Of a DNA stretch of 40,015 nt, positions 1 through 8,092 are shown one piece after another. Both the position numbers and the translations under genes were made by a program. Position 1 is the first letter of the stretch. Every line of letters begins with the position of its first letter. Origin of the DNA: a virus (lineage: Duplodnaviria > Caudoviricetes); the IMG/VR virus record IMGVR_UViG_3300020236_000130, positions 1 through 40,015 of that record, one strand, 5' to 3'. A model generated the notes under the pieces. The model saw only the letters and a program-made list of their open reading frames with translations, was not told the DNA's origin and did no database searches.

Positions 1-2
1 AG

Positions 3-44
3 GAGGCTTATAAAGCCCTGGAGCAGTATCTATTGGATAGATAA
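3..44 (+). CDS. 3' end of an upstream host gene (partial, ...EAYKALEQYLLDR*)
   Basis: Open frame running in from the window edge to TAA at 42-44, followed by AT-rich intergenic DNA; too short to identify. Confidence 0.35.
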   Translation, partial: EAYKALEQYLLDR

Positions 45-214
45 AAATGAGAAGTATAAAAGAAAACGCCTGAATAAAAATCTGTACCTTCTTTTTCTGT
101 AATTTATGCACTTAATAATATTAGCTTAAATAAATCACATCAGGCAATACATTTACTATCCGCTGTCAAGCCAATTTAGAAATGTCATGTTTTATGTTAT
201 TGCCTCAACACAGT

Positions 215-425
215 TGTCATTCCCGCTTTTTTTCTGTCATTCCGACTTGTTCGGAATCGTTCTTTGTACCCCTGTTTTCTTTGTGAAAACAAAGTCCCCC
301 GTGTTTCCTTGTGGAAACAAGGAAGGGGGAAAGAAGGAGTACCTTACGATTCTCGAAGCGAGTCTTCGCGTAGAGTCGCTCCGACCTGACAAGCCCCGTA
401 CCATGACGGTACAGGGGCATGCAGG
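215..425. repeat. Host intergenic cluster of REP-like palindromic elements at the prophage insertion site
   Basis: TGTCATTCCGACTTGTTCGGAATC (235-258); nested composite GTACCCCT...AAGGAGTAC (266-342); CCCCGTACC-ATGAC-GGTACAGGGG palindrome (~394-417). The same families recur inside the prophage and at 39588-39611. Confidence 0.85.
420..425 (+). repeat. Left copy of 6-bp target site duplication TGCAGG
   Basis: Identical to 39579-39584; directly abuts TGTAG. Confidence 0.92.
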
Positions 426-475
426 TGTAGGGGGGTGAGATAAGTAAGTCATTGAAAATGCGATAAGTCGGTTTC
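426..475 (+). repeat. Left end (attL): imperfect terminal inverted repeat with two TG(C/A)GATAA transposase-site-like boxes
   Basis: Ungapped alignment to the reverse complement of 39529-39578 gives 36/50 identities by hand count, including TGTAG and AAATGCGATAAGTC. Confidence 0.9.
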
Positions 476-598
476 GGGGTTCTTTACAGTTGCCTTACAG
501 AACCTGAAAACAGGGGAAAATCAAATGACTTTTGATTTATAGGATTTTTATCCAAGATTTGACAGCGAGGGACGAAGTCCTGATGCTTCTGCGGCCGT

Positions 599-913
599 TT
601 ATTTTTGGATGCTTTCAGAAACTGTCCAAAGTATGATTGCCGTGTCTCCAACGTATGCACGAACTTTTACTGTCCCTGTCCATGTTGTTTTAAGTACTGA
701 AACAGGGATTCCAGCTTTTGTGACAATACAGCCATTTTTAAGAAGATAATCAAAACCATTTCTATCGTTTCTTACTGATGCCTGTATAATCTGGTGTAAT
801 AAGTCTTTAGTAATACAGGCTGCATAATCGCCTTTTAAGGATTCTGCATTAGCGGTACCTGAAAACGTAAAAACAATAAATATAAAACAAAATGAAATTA
901 TAAGTTTTCTTAC
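599..913 (-). CDS. Secreted 104-aa protein with non-canonical GTA start (or start-codon-mutated pseudogene); not in the ORF track
   Basis: GGAGG 5 nt before GTA; VRKLIISFCFIFIVFTFSGTANA|ESLK signal peptide; two Cys; open to TAA at 599-601. Confidence 0.7.
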   Translation of the reverse strand, partial: VRKLIISFCFIFIVFTFSGTANAESLKGDYAACITKDLLHQIIQASVRNDRNGFDYLLKNGCIVTKAGIPVSVLKTTWTGTVKVRAYVGDTAIILWTVSESIQK

Positions 914-937
914 TTAACCCTCCATTATTCTCAGAAG

Positions 938-1477
938 TTAATAATCAATCTTCTTAATACCTAAAATGGCTCTGACTCCCTTTTTACCTGAAATGATCGG
1001 GTCACCACCTGCAATGATTAGCAATGTAGCACCATCAGTTGATCCATTAAAATTATTGATTAAAAGAAAACTGGCTGTATCACCGTTTGCATTCATCCAT
1101 GAATTATTTTTTGGGAAACCTTGCTGTTGCCAGATAATTTTGCCATTGGACGAAATTAGATATGCTTGTAAAAAAAGCATATATTTACCATTAACCGCGA
1201 TAGCAGATGATGGTAAATTCCCAATCTTAACGGTGCCTTTTATTTGCAATGCCGGCCTAAAACCAATATTAATTTTATCAACACTAACATCGAAATTTGT
1301 TATATCCTTGGATAAATAATGAGAATACTTAATATTATGAAGGAACACTCCAGAATGGAAATATTTATCCATAAGTGACGCATACCATACGTTTGATAAA
1401 GACATTGCAGATATTGGCATTACCATCATTATAACAAATAAAAAAATTATTAAAGTTTTACTCCTCTCAGCCAGCAT
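938..1477 (-). CDS. Secreted/membrane-anchored hypothetical protein in the immunity operon (moron)
   Basis: Hydrophobic N-terminus TLIIFLFVIMMVMPISA; starts directly after the repressor stop; AT-rich. Confidence 0.75.
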   Translation of the reverse strand: MLAERSKTLIIFLFVIMMVMPISAMSLSNVWYASLMDKYFHSGVFLHNIKYSHYLSKDITNFDVSVDKINIGFRPALQIKGTVKIGNLPSSAIAVNGKYMLFLQAYLISSNGKIIWQQQGFPKNNSWMNANGDTASFLLINNFNGSTDGATLLIIAGGDPIISGKKGVRAILGIKKIDY

Positions 1478-1990
1478 TTAGCCCTCCTCAGTGGAAAAGT
1501 TTTTGTTTATATTTTGAAGACCATTAAGGCCTTCTTTAATTTCTTTACGGCCTTTTAAAATTTTAAGCACGAGCTTCTTTGCCTCTGGTAGGTCGGACTT
1601 AAGTATTTCGACAATTTCGGTGAGCTCAGGGTCGCCCTTTACATTATTATATATAGCACGATCCTCAGTCACCGTTAAGGAGTTTTCTTCTCGGTGCTTT
1701 AAATATGTCTCAATTTCATCCTCTGTATGCCCCTCTATCTGCAACCGCCACCTAATTGCTTCCTCTTCTGTTTGTTCAGATTCCCACTTACCCGTCAAGA
1801 GCCATATCGCATCACAGCGGAAAACCCTAACCATTTGAGTGATAAAATTAGAATCGGGGATGCGGTGGCCTTTTTCATATCGATTAATTGTATTTACAGT
1901 TAAATTAAGTCGTTTAGCAAATTCCTCTTGGCTCATAGCAGCCATCTTTCTGACGCGTTTAATCCGTTCTCCTAAGTTTTTTTCATCCAT
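1478..1990 (-). CDS. Phage repressor (XRE/HTH_3 family)
   Basis: LGERIKRVRKMAAMSQEEFAKRLNLTVNTINRYEKGHRIP is a classic XRE HTH; divergent from the early operon. Start placed at ATG 1990 because the longer start overlaps the early promoter. Confidence 0.9.
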   Translation of the reverse strand: MDEKNLGERIKRVRKMAAMSQEEFAKRLNLTVNTINRYEKGHRIPDSNFITQMVRVFRCDAIWLLTGKWESEQTEEEAIRWRLQIEGHTEDEIETYLKHREENSLTVTEDRAIYNNVKGDPELTEIVEILKSDLPEAKKLVLKILKGRKEIKEGLNGLQNINKNFSTEEG

Positions 1991-2003
1991 TTGTATTTTT
2001 ACC

Positions 2004-2032
2004 TTGACAAACTTCATCCATTCGGTTATATT
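2004..2032 (+). promoter_or_regulatory. Early lytic promoter (Pe-like), sigma70 type
   Basis: TTGACA (2004-2009), 17-nt spacer, TATATT (2027-2032), just upstream of the Ner-like gene. Confidence 0.85.
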
Positions 2033-2055
2033 CTCTCATAACAGGTGTTATTGGT

Positions 2056-2274
2056 ATGAAAACAAAAAAAAGAGATTTGGAAATAAAAGTAAAAAATCTC
2101 CTCTGGCTAAGAGGGCTTGATGTTGCAAAGCTTGCAAGGCTGATAAAGAAGTCCCGGCCATGGACTTCGCAGGTTTTATACGGGCACGCAAAAAGCGAGG
2201 CAACACGCAAGGCGATTGCCCGCGCCTTGGGCGAATATCCATGGGCAGACCATAAGAGTAGGAAGGCGGCGTAA
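2056..2274 (+). CDS. Ner/Cro-like DNA-binding protein
   Basis: Small basic HTH (LDVAKLARLIKKSRPWTSQVLYG...AIARALG...W); first early gene opposite the repressor. Confidence 0.8.
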   Translation: MKTKKRDLEIKVKNLLWLRGLDVAKLARLIKKSRPWTSQVLYGHAKSEATRKAIARALGEYPWADHKSRKAA

Positions 2275-2321
2275 TTGGCTCTTACTTTATTATATGACGG
2301 CATTTTATTCCCCGGAGCATC

Positions 2322-2351
2322 AGTTTTTGGCACCTCTCTGATGCTTCTTTT
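2322..2351 (+). terminator. Putative intrinsic terminator/attenuator after the Ner-like gene
   Basis: AGCATCAG/CTGATGCT stem followed by TCTTTT. Confidence 0.4.
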
Positions 2352-2353
2352 AA

Positions 2354-2472
2354 GGCGGCGGCCCCGCTGCTTTCTTGCTGGCCCCTGCCCCAGCTCCTGT
2401 CTTCCGACAGGAAGACGCAGGGGCAAGACGTGGCAGCGGGCGAAAGCAGGAAGCGGGGTTGCTGCCCTTTTT
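2354..2472. repeat. Triple-nested palindromic element inside a GC hairpin followed by a T-tract
   Basis: Outer CCCCGCTGCTTTCTTG...CGAAAGCAGGAAGCGGGG, middle CTGGCCCCTGC...AAGACGTGGCAGCGGG, inner GCCCCAGCTCCTGTCTTCCGACAGGAAGACGCAGGGGC. Confidence 0.8.
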
Positions 2473-2510
2473 ATTACTAATCATTTTATCTTTTTTTTGC
2501 CTGTTTATCA

Positions 2511-2996
2511 ATGGCTAAGTTAAGAAGAAAAATAGACATTCAACAACTTAATATTTTTGACCTTATTAAAGAGGTATCAAAAAAACAGGCTGAAGTCTCC
2601 TCAGCTCCATCTATCCGGGGAAAAGAGAGTATTGACGCCGCGGTACGGACTTTAATATCGGATGCTTTAAAGAAATGCTCTTTAAGCCGTTTTGAAGTTG
2701 CCGCAAAAATGTCGGAAGCTCTTGGTGTAGAAATTACTAAATCTCAGTTAGACAGCTGGTCTGCCGAGAGCAAGGAAAACCACAGGTTCCCGCTTGTCTA
2801 CACTGGCGCGTTCTGTCATGCAACCATTAATAAATCTCTTGCGCGTTATATGGCCCAACTCTGTGAGGGATATTTTATTGAAGGGGAAGACGCCATCAGG
2901 CTTGAGCTCGGCAAGATTGAGGAGCAGAAGCAGGAGCTCTTGAAAAAGGAGAAGGCGATTAAGGAGTTTCTGGAGGGGCTGAAGCATGGGCGCTGA
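2511..2996 (+). CDS. Early hypothetical protein, probable DNA-binding/regulatory
   Basis: HTH-like SRFEVAAKMSEALGVEITKSQLDSWSA and C-terminal coiled coil; early operon position. Confidence 0.7.
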   Translation: MAKLRRKIDIQQLNIFDLIKEVSKKQAEVSSAPSIRGKESIDAAVRTLISDALKKCSLSRFEVAAKMSEALGVEITKSQLDSWSAESKENHRFPLVYTGAFCHATINKSLARYMAQLCEGYFIEGEDAIRLELGKIEEQKQELLKKEKAIKEFLEGLKHGR

Positions 2997-3183
2997 TTAT
3001 GAAGGGCAGGAAACGCCGATAACGTTTATCAGGGGGTTACCGGATGAGGTGAAGGCGTGCCTGTCTCATCATCTGAGAAATTGCCTTGCGGGGATTTTGG
3101 GCGGGGCGCAGATAGGCAGGCCGGATCTGGTAGAGGATGCGGCCAGGCATATGGTTGAGGATTTAAAGAATTTTGGACTTTAA
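2986..3183 (+). CDS. 65-aa protein with a histidine-kinase H-box (HisKA/DHp)-like segment
   Basis: GGAGG upstream; overlaps the previous stop; LSHHLRNCLAGILGGAQ resembles the H-box consensus (L/I)(S/A)H(E/D)LRNPLxxIxG. Confidence 0.6.
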   Translation: MGADYEGQETPITFIRGLPDEVKACLSHHLRNCLAGILGGAQIGRPDLVEDAARHMVEDLKNFGL

Positions 3184-3190
3184 AAGTAAT

Positions 3191-3580
3191 ATGAAGAAGA
3201 TTTTAATTATTTTGGCCTTATTCGCATTTATCCCTGCTGTTTCATGGGCTGAGTGGAGCAAAAAAGACACTGTTTATCAATTAACATATTCGGTCTTGCA
3301 CGTTGTTGATTGGGGACAGACGAGATACGGCGCCAAAAATTCTGATAAGTTTCACGAGAATAACTTTTTTTTGGGCAGGTATCCGTCAGTTGGGAAGGTT
3401 GATACTTATTTTTCTCTGACGCTGATCGGACACGCGGGGGTATCTTATTTGCTGCCGGCTAAGGCTGACATATTTGGTTTGAGAATATATCCCCGCAGGA
3501 CATGGCAGGTTGTCTGGATAGGGGTTGAAGCAGGGGCTGTGGCGCGTAATTTTAGTATAGGCGTAAAGATAGGATTTTAA
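3191..3580 (+). CDS. Exported/membrane protein
   Basis: MKKILIILALFAFIPAVSWA| signal peptide; ends in the amphipathic strand SIGVKIGF. Confidence 0.7.
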   Translation: MKKILIILALFAFIPAVSWAEWSKKDTVYQLTYSVLHVVDWGQTRYGAKNSDKFHENNFFLGRYPSVGKVDTYFSLTLIGHAGVSYLLPAKADIFGLRIYPRRTWQVVWIGVEAGAVARNFSIGVKIGF

Positions 3581-3598
3581 AAAAAAGGAGGGGTGTGT

Positions 3599-3940
3599 GT
3601 GAAAGACAATGGCAACAGGTACCGCATTGAGGCGATAGCGCAGGCCGGGCAGGTTCTGAGGGTGATTGCTGATTCAAAAGAGCCTATGGGCGCACAGGAG
3701 ATAACCCGGGTAACGGGCATCAAGCCGAATACGGCCTTCAGGATTCTGGTCACTCTTGATGAGGTGGGGTTTCTGAAGCAGATCGGGGAGAAGTATGACT
3801 TGGGCATGGGGCTGGCGCTGTTCTGGGCCCGGAAGAAGTCGAGGCTTCTTGGGACAAGAGAGCAAATTGACGGGGACTTAAATTCTTTAGAAAAGGAGGA
3901 GGAGAATGGCGGGGAAAACACAGGCAAAGAAGCAGTTTGA
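3599..3940 (+). CDS. IclR-type HTH domain protein
   Basis: IEAIAQAGQVLRVIA...MGAQEITRVTGIKPNTAFRILVTLDEVGFL...YDLG; AGGAGG upstream of GTG. Confidence 0.8.
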   Translation: MKDNGNRYRIEAIAQAGQVLRVIADSKEPMGAQEITRVTGIKPNTAFRILVTLDEVGFLKQIGEKYDLGMGLALFWARKKSRLLGTREQIDGDLNSLEKEEENGGENTGKEAV

Positions 3941-4949
3941 CGAGGATACCAGGACTGCGGAGCTGTATGAGCAGGAGGTTAAAGATGAGGAGAAGAGGGC
4001 AAATCTTTCACGCGTGAATAATTTGAATGATGAGCTTAAGCCCTATTCTGACGGGATGGCTTATGACAGGGACAGGGTCATGCATGAAATCAGGTTTTAC
4101 ATGAAGCAAACGGTTGAGGGGATTATTGAAACGGGGAAAAGGCTTGTGATTTTAAAGGAAAAAGAGGAACACGGCAGGTTTATCAACTGCGTTGAGGAAC
4201 TGGGGATTGCACGCATGACAGCATGGCGGTTTATGGCTATTACTAAGAAATTAGCAAATGTATCACGCGTGAGACATTTAAATATACTCGATATGAAGAA
4301 AGGCATTGGCAAATTATATGCCTTTTTGGACATCCCTGACGATGAATTAAAGGAATTCGAGGATACGGGTGAGCTTAGGGGACTTACTATTGATGAGATT
4401 GATGCGCTGCCGGTTAAGGAACTCAAACTGCGTTTGAGAAAGAGGGACAAGCAGGCTGAACAGGGGGTGCTCCAGCTCCAGGAGGCTGGGGACAAGATTA
4501 AGGATTTGGAGAGGCAGATTCTGGAGATTCAGAAGCCCAAGCTCTATTCATCTGAGGAAGAGAAGTATCTGGATATTATCTCTGAGCTCGGGATGCAGTT
4601 TGAGCAGATACTGATGCTAATCCAGGCACGGATAGGGTATGACAAAAACAAGGTACCTCAGGAGGCGCTTAAAAAGCTTTTTTACCTGCTGCTTTTCATG
4701 CAAAGGGAGACAATGGACGAACGGGTGAGGCTGTGTCAATTCTATGAAGGGGCTAATGATGTGCCCTGGGAGCCTATGCCGATGGAGCTGCCGCCTGATG
4801 ATGTTGTAAATAAAAACGTCCCTCACCTGAGCAAGATTGCAAATTACAGAAAGGCAAAGTCCCCCGTGTTTCCTTGTGGAAACAAGGAAGGTCCCCCTTC
4901 TTTGTTTTCGACAAAGAAAACAGGGGGACAAGGGGGAAAAAAGAAATAG
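3906..4949 (+). CDS. DUF3102-like transposition accessory protein; C-terminus encoded by nested repeats
   Basis: IIETGKRLVILKEKEEHGRFINCVEELGIARMTAWRFM motif; lies directly upstream of the transposase; terminal KSPVFPCGNKEGPPSLFSTKKTGGQGG is repeat-derived. Confidence 0.75.
   Translation: MAGKTQAKKQFDEDTRTAELYEQEVKDEEKRANLSRVNNLNDELKPYSDGMAYDRDRVMHEIRFYMKQTVEGIIETGKRLVILKEKEEHGRFINCVEELGIARMTAWRFMAITKKLANVSRVRHLNILDMKKGIGKLYAFLDIPDDELKEFEDTGELRGLTIDEIDALPVKELKLRLRKRDKQAEQGVLQLQEAGDKIKDLERQILEIQKPKLYSSEEEKYLDIISELGMQFEQILMLIQARIGYDKNKVPQEALKKLFYLLLFMQRETMDERVRLCQFYEGANDVPWEPMPMELPPDDVVNKNVPHLSKIANYRKAKSPVFPCGNKEGPPSLFSTKKTGGQGGKKK
4860..4937. repeat. Nested double-hairpin elements (one inserted in another, AAG duplicated)
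   Basis: TCCCCCGTGTTTCCTTGTGGAAACAAGGAAG[GTCCCCCTTCTTTGTTTTCGACAAAGAAAACAGGGGGAC AAG]GGGGA. Confidence 0.85.
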
Positions 4950-4951
4950 GC

Positions 4952-6751
4952 ATGAACGTATCTGAGTCTATCCTTATCCATGTCTATAACAGCCTTGCCG
5001 GTCTGAGTAACGGCGAAGTGAAGGGAAAGGTTCTGGAGCTGGCAACCCATTACGGGGTTTCTGTGCAGACGGTTTACCGGTGGGCGTCTAAAAAAGGGCT
5101 CAGGCGGCGTAAGGAAAGAATTACTAAGGGGCAGTCAAGGATCCCGGATGATGCCCTGATGCAGGCGTCAACTCTGCTGTATTCTGCGCGAAGGGCTTCT
5201 AATGAAATCCCGCTGCCTGCGTGTGATGCGAAGGAGATCCTGGAGGACTCGGGGTTTGATACGGGAGGGGTATCTACCGGTTATTTCCTTAAGCGCCTGC
5301 GTGAAAAGCAGATATCCTCTAAAGACATTCTCAGGCCTTCTCCGCATCAGTCTTTGTTAAGTAAACATCCCAATCATGTCTGGCAGTTCGATGTTACGAA
5401 CTGTATCCAATATTTCCTTGACGATCAAAAGGGCATGGGTGAAAGGGACCCGGATATGGAGCTCTATAAAAATAAGATTGTCAAGACTGCAAAGACGATC
5501 AGAAAGGAGCTCCTGAGATATGCTGCGGTAGACCATTGTACCGGGGCTTTTTATTTCAGGTATTTCTATGCAAGCGGTGAGCGCGCAATAGACGGCTCTC
5601 AGTTTCTGTTTGAAGCGATGCGGCCAAAGGATGAGCTTTTGGAGGTTACTTTCAATGGAGATTCAGGTGCAAAAAAGGGGAAGTATCACTTCCACGGGGT
5701 GCCCTTTATGATTGTTGCCGACAGGGGTTCGATTGTCGCGGCAAAGGCTAATCAGGCTTTGTTTGATTCTCTGAGGATTGATCTTAAGCCCCATCTGCCC
5801 GGCAATCCAAGGGCAAAAGGCGCGGTTGAAGGTCTTATGAAAATTATAAACGGCTTTGAGGCAAGGCTTAGATTTAACAGGCCGTCAAGCCTTGAGGAGC
5901 TGAATGCCTGGGGTTTGGACTGGGGCATCATGTACAACGGGGTCAAAGATATGAGAGGGATAGCCCCGCGCTCTGCGCTCTGGTCCATGATCGCAAAGGA
6001 GCAGCTCAGGCTCTGCCCGGATGAAAAGCTCTACAGGCTGTTGATCCATGAGCCTGTTATTACGAGGAAGGCAGACGGCGGATGCTATATCAGGGTTGAC
6101 GGCAGGGTGTACAGAATCCCTGACTGTAATGCTGTAAGAAAACAGGTTGAGGTTGTGAGGCATCCTTATGAATATCCTGCTGTTGAGGTGCATTTCAACG
6201 GATATGTCTGGCTGTGCCAGCCGGTGCCGGTGGACCAGTTCGGAAGGCTGACGACCGGCGTCCAGTATGGTGAATACAAGGCGCTTAAGCAGACGGAGAC
6301 TCAGAAGGCAAAAATAAAGTTTGAAAAGATTGCGGAAGACTGGGGCCTTAAGTGGAAAGGGACCGGTGATAAGCGTAGGGCCGAGGCTCCTCCTGTCGGT
6401 TATACCTCGCCGCTTAAGGTCTTCGGGCATCAGGCTGAGAAGGTCGGCAATGTGGAATTCATAAACCGGAAAGGCACGCCTCTGGAGATTAAGCAGTCTG
6501 AAATGCCGGAGAACAGGCCGCTCAGGCATGATGCGCATGAGGCAGACAAAGGTATTGCATCGAGGAGAATATCTTTCATTGAATTTATAAAAATGATTAT
6601 TCAGCAGGTTGGTCCTGTTTCAAAAGAACTGAATCAGAAACTAAGGGCCGAGCATGGGGAATCAATTGAGATATCAAGGGCAGAGGAGGTGATTAGGGAT
6701 ATTCAGGAAGGTGGAGGGAGTGAGAAGGACGTTAGGGAGGTTGCTGTATAG
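4952..6751 (+). CDS. Mu-like DDE transposase (MuA/integrase-core)
   Basis: N-terminal HTH (LATHYGVSVQTVYRW); catalytic triad in VWQFD, IVADRGS and PRAKGAVE. Start set at ATG 4952 because the upstream extension is repeat sequence. Confidence 0.95.
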   Translation: MNVSESILIHVYNSLAGLSNGEVKGKVLELATHYGVSVQTVYRWASKKGLRRRKERITKGQSRIPDDALMQASTLLYSARRASNEIPLPACDAKEILEDSGFDTGGVSTGYFLKRLREKQISSKDILRPSPHQSLLSKHPNHVWQFDVTNCIQYFLDDQKGMGERDPDMELYKNKIVKTAKTIRKELLRYAAVDHCTGAFYFRYFYASGERAIDGSQFLFEAMRPKDELLEVTFNGDSGAKKGKYHFHGVPFMIVADRGSIVAAKANQALFDSLRIDLKPHLPGNPRAKGAVEGLMKIINGFEARLRFNRPSSLEELNAWGLDWGIMYNGVKDMRGIAPRSALWSMIAKEQLRLCPDEKLYRLLIHEPVITRKADGGCYIRVDGRVYRIPDCNAVRKQVEVVRHPYEYPAVEVHFNGYVWLCQPVPVDQFGRLTTGVQYGEYKALKQTETQKAKIKFEKIAEDWGLKWKGTGDKRRAEAPPVGYTSPLKVFGHQAEKVGNVEFINRKGTPLEIKQSEMPENRPLRHDAHEADKGIASRRISFIEFIKMIIQQVGPVSKELNQKLRAEHGESIEISRAEEVIRDIQEGGGSEKDVREVAV

Positions 6752-6755
6752 GCAG

Positions 6756-6768
6756 GGGGACAGTCCCC
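6756..6768. repeat. GGGGAC-A-GTCCCC palindrome
   Basis: Perfect 13-bp palindrome between the transposase and ATPase genes. Confidence 0.5.
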
Positions 6769-6809
6769 AAGAAAAAAAGAGGAGGTGTGTGATTTTGGGA
6801 GGCATATCT

Positions 6810-8030
6810 GTGGCGCTGAAAATGGACATTAAACCTATTGTTTTAAAAGAGCTGGTCTCTGACTGCGATATCAGCCAGGGGCAGTTTGCAAAGGCGACCG
6901 GACTTTCAAGGGCTACTATCAATCTGGCTGTCAACAGGGGGTATATACCGACCCGCAGTCCGGATTTCAAGGGGACGGTAGAGAAATACATACGCATGCA
7001 TACACCGGCTATGCAGTGGCTTAAGGCAAGGAATCTTGTGACTGCTGATATCTGGAAGCGGGGAAAGAAACTCTGGAAGGTTAGCCCGCCGGGCAACATA
7101 AAAAGGTCATGGGAAAAGAGAAAGGTAAAGGCGCTGGTCCCGGGAGATCCGGGGGAATTAATTATTGACTGGGAGGTGGAAATGATAAAACAGGAGGCGA
7201 TGAAGCATTTCAGGATCTTCCGCAATCCGTTTATTGATGATATTCAAAAGGATTCGGATATTTTTATGTCGGAGGAGCACAGGTACATTGAGGCCGCTAT
7301 GATTGATGCGGCAAGGCACGGCGGTTTCCTTGCTGTAGTCGGAGAGGTCGGCTCAGGCAAGTCTGTGATGAGGAGAAAGGTTGTTGAGCAGCTCCGCAGG
7401 GACGGGGATGTGCTGGTTATCTACCCTCAGATTATTGACAAGAGAAGGCTGTCGGCTGCATCTATCTGCGATGCAATTATTATGGATATCTCGGATGAGT
7501 CGCCCAGGATTAAGCTTGAGCAGAAGACAAGGCAGGTGCAGAGGCTGCTGCTCAGCAGGTCAAAAAACAATTACCGCTCCTGCCTGATGATAGAGGAGTC
7601 GCATGACCTTAATGTAAATACTCTGAAATATCTGAAGCGATTCTACGAGCTGGAGGACGGCTACAAGAAACTGCTCGGTATTATCCTTATCGGGCAGATA
7701 GAGCTTAAGGAGATGTTCAATGAGAGTCTGCATGTGGAGATGAGGGAGGTTATCAGGCGGTGCCAGATAGCTGAGATCCAGGGACTGAACGGCCGTATAA
7801 AGGAATACCTCACTTTGAAATTCAAACTGGTCGGTTGTGACATTGAAAAGGTTTTCAGCAACGATGCGTTAAAGTCGCTGGCTAAAAGGCTCACATCAAA
7901 AGACCGCCAGGGCAAAACAATATCACACGCCTACCCTCTGCTGGTAAATAACTATGCTGCAAAGGCGATGAATATGGCGTTTGAGATGGGGGAGTCAAAG
8001 GTTACGGAAGACGTGGTGATGACGATATAA
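6810..8030 (+). CDS. Transposition ATPase (MuB/ExeA-like AAA+) with N-terminal HTH
   Basis: Walker A GEVGSGKS, Walker B LMIEESH, IILIGQ motif; N-terminal ISQGQFAKATGLSRATINL. GTG 6810 follows GGAGG; GTG 6789 is an alternative. Confidence 0.92.
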   Translation: MALKMDIKPIVLKELVSDCDISQGQFAKATGLSRATINLAVNRGYIPTRSPDFKGTVEKYIRMHTPAMQWLKARNLVTADIWKRGKKLWKVSPPGNIKRSWEKRKVKALVPGDPGELIIDWEVEMIKQEAMKHFRIFRNPFIDDIQKDSDIFMSEEHRYIEAAMIDAARHGGFLAVVGEVGSGKSVMRRKVVEQLRRDGDVLVIYPQIIDKRRLSAASICDAIIMDISDESPRIKLEQKTRQVQRLLLSRSKNNYRSCLMIEESHDLNVNTLKYLKRFYELEDGYKKLLGIILIGQIELKEMFNESLHVEMREVIRRCQIAEIQGLNGRIKEYLTLKFKLVGCDIEKVFSNDALKSLAKRLTSKDRQGKTISHAYPLLVNNYAAKAMNMAFEMGESKVTEDVVMTI

Positions 8031-8054
8031 CCCTGTACCACGTGGGGTACAGGG
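8031..8054. repeat. CCCTGTACC-ACGTGG-GGTACAGGG palindromic element
   Basis: Related copies at 17383-17408 and ~394-417. Confidence 0.75.
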
Positions 8055-8092
8055 CAGGCCCTGAACTGCGTGGAGAAAAGGAAGGAGGTGTG

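Noticed and set aside
187-452. Three overlapping ORFs in the left flank
   Set aside because: They are translations of stacked palindromic repeats and cross the prophage boundary.
562-600. Ribozyme or k-turn at AGCGAGGGACGAAGTCCTGATGCT
   Set aside because: Forms a small interrupted hairpin but lacks a full hammerhead or HDV core; more likely a terminator-like or repeat remnant.
1983-2523. ORFs 1983-2426 (-) and 2275-2523 (+)
   Set aside because: They are composed of nested repeat DNA or antisense to the Ner-like gene, with no RBS.
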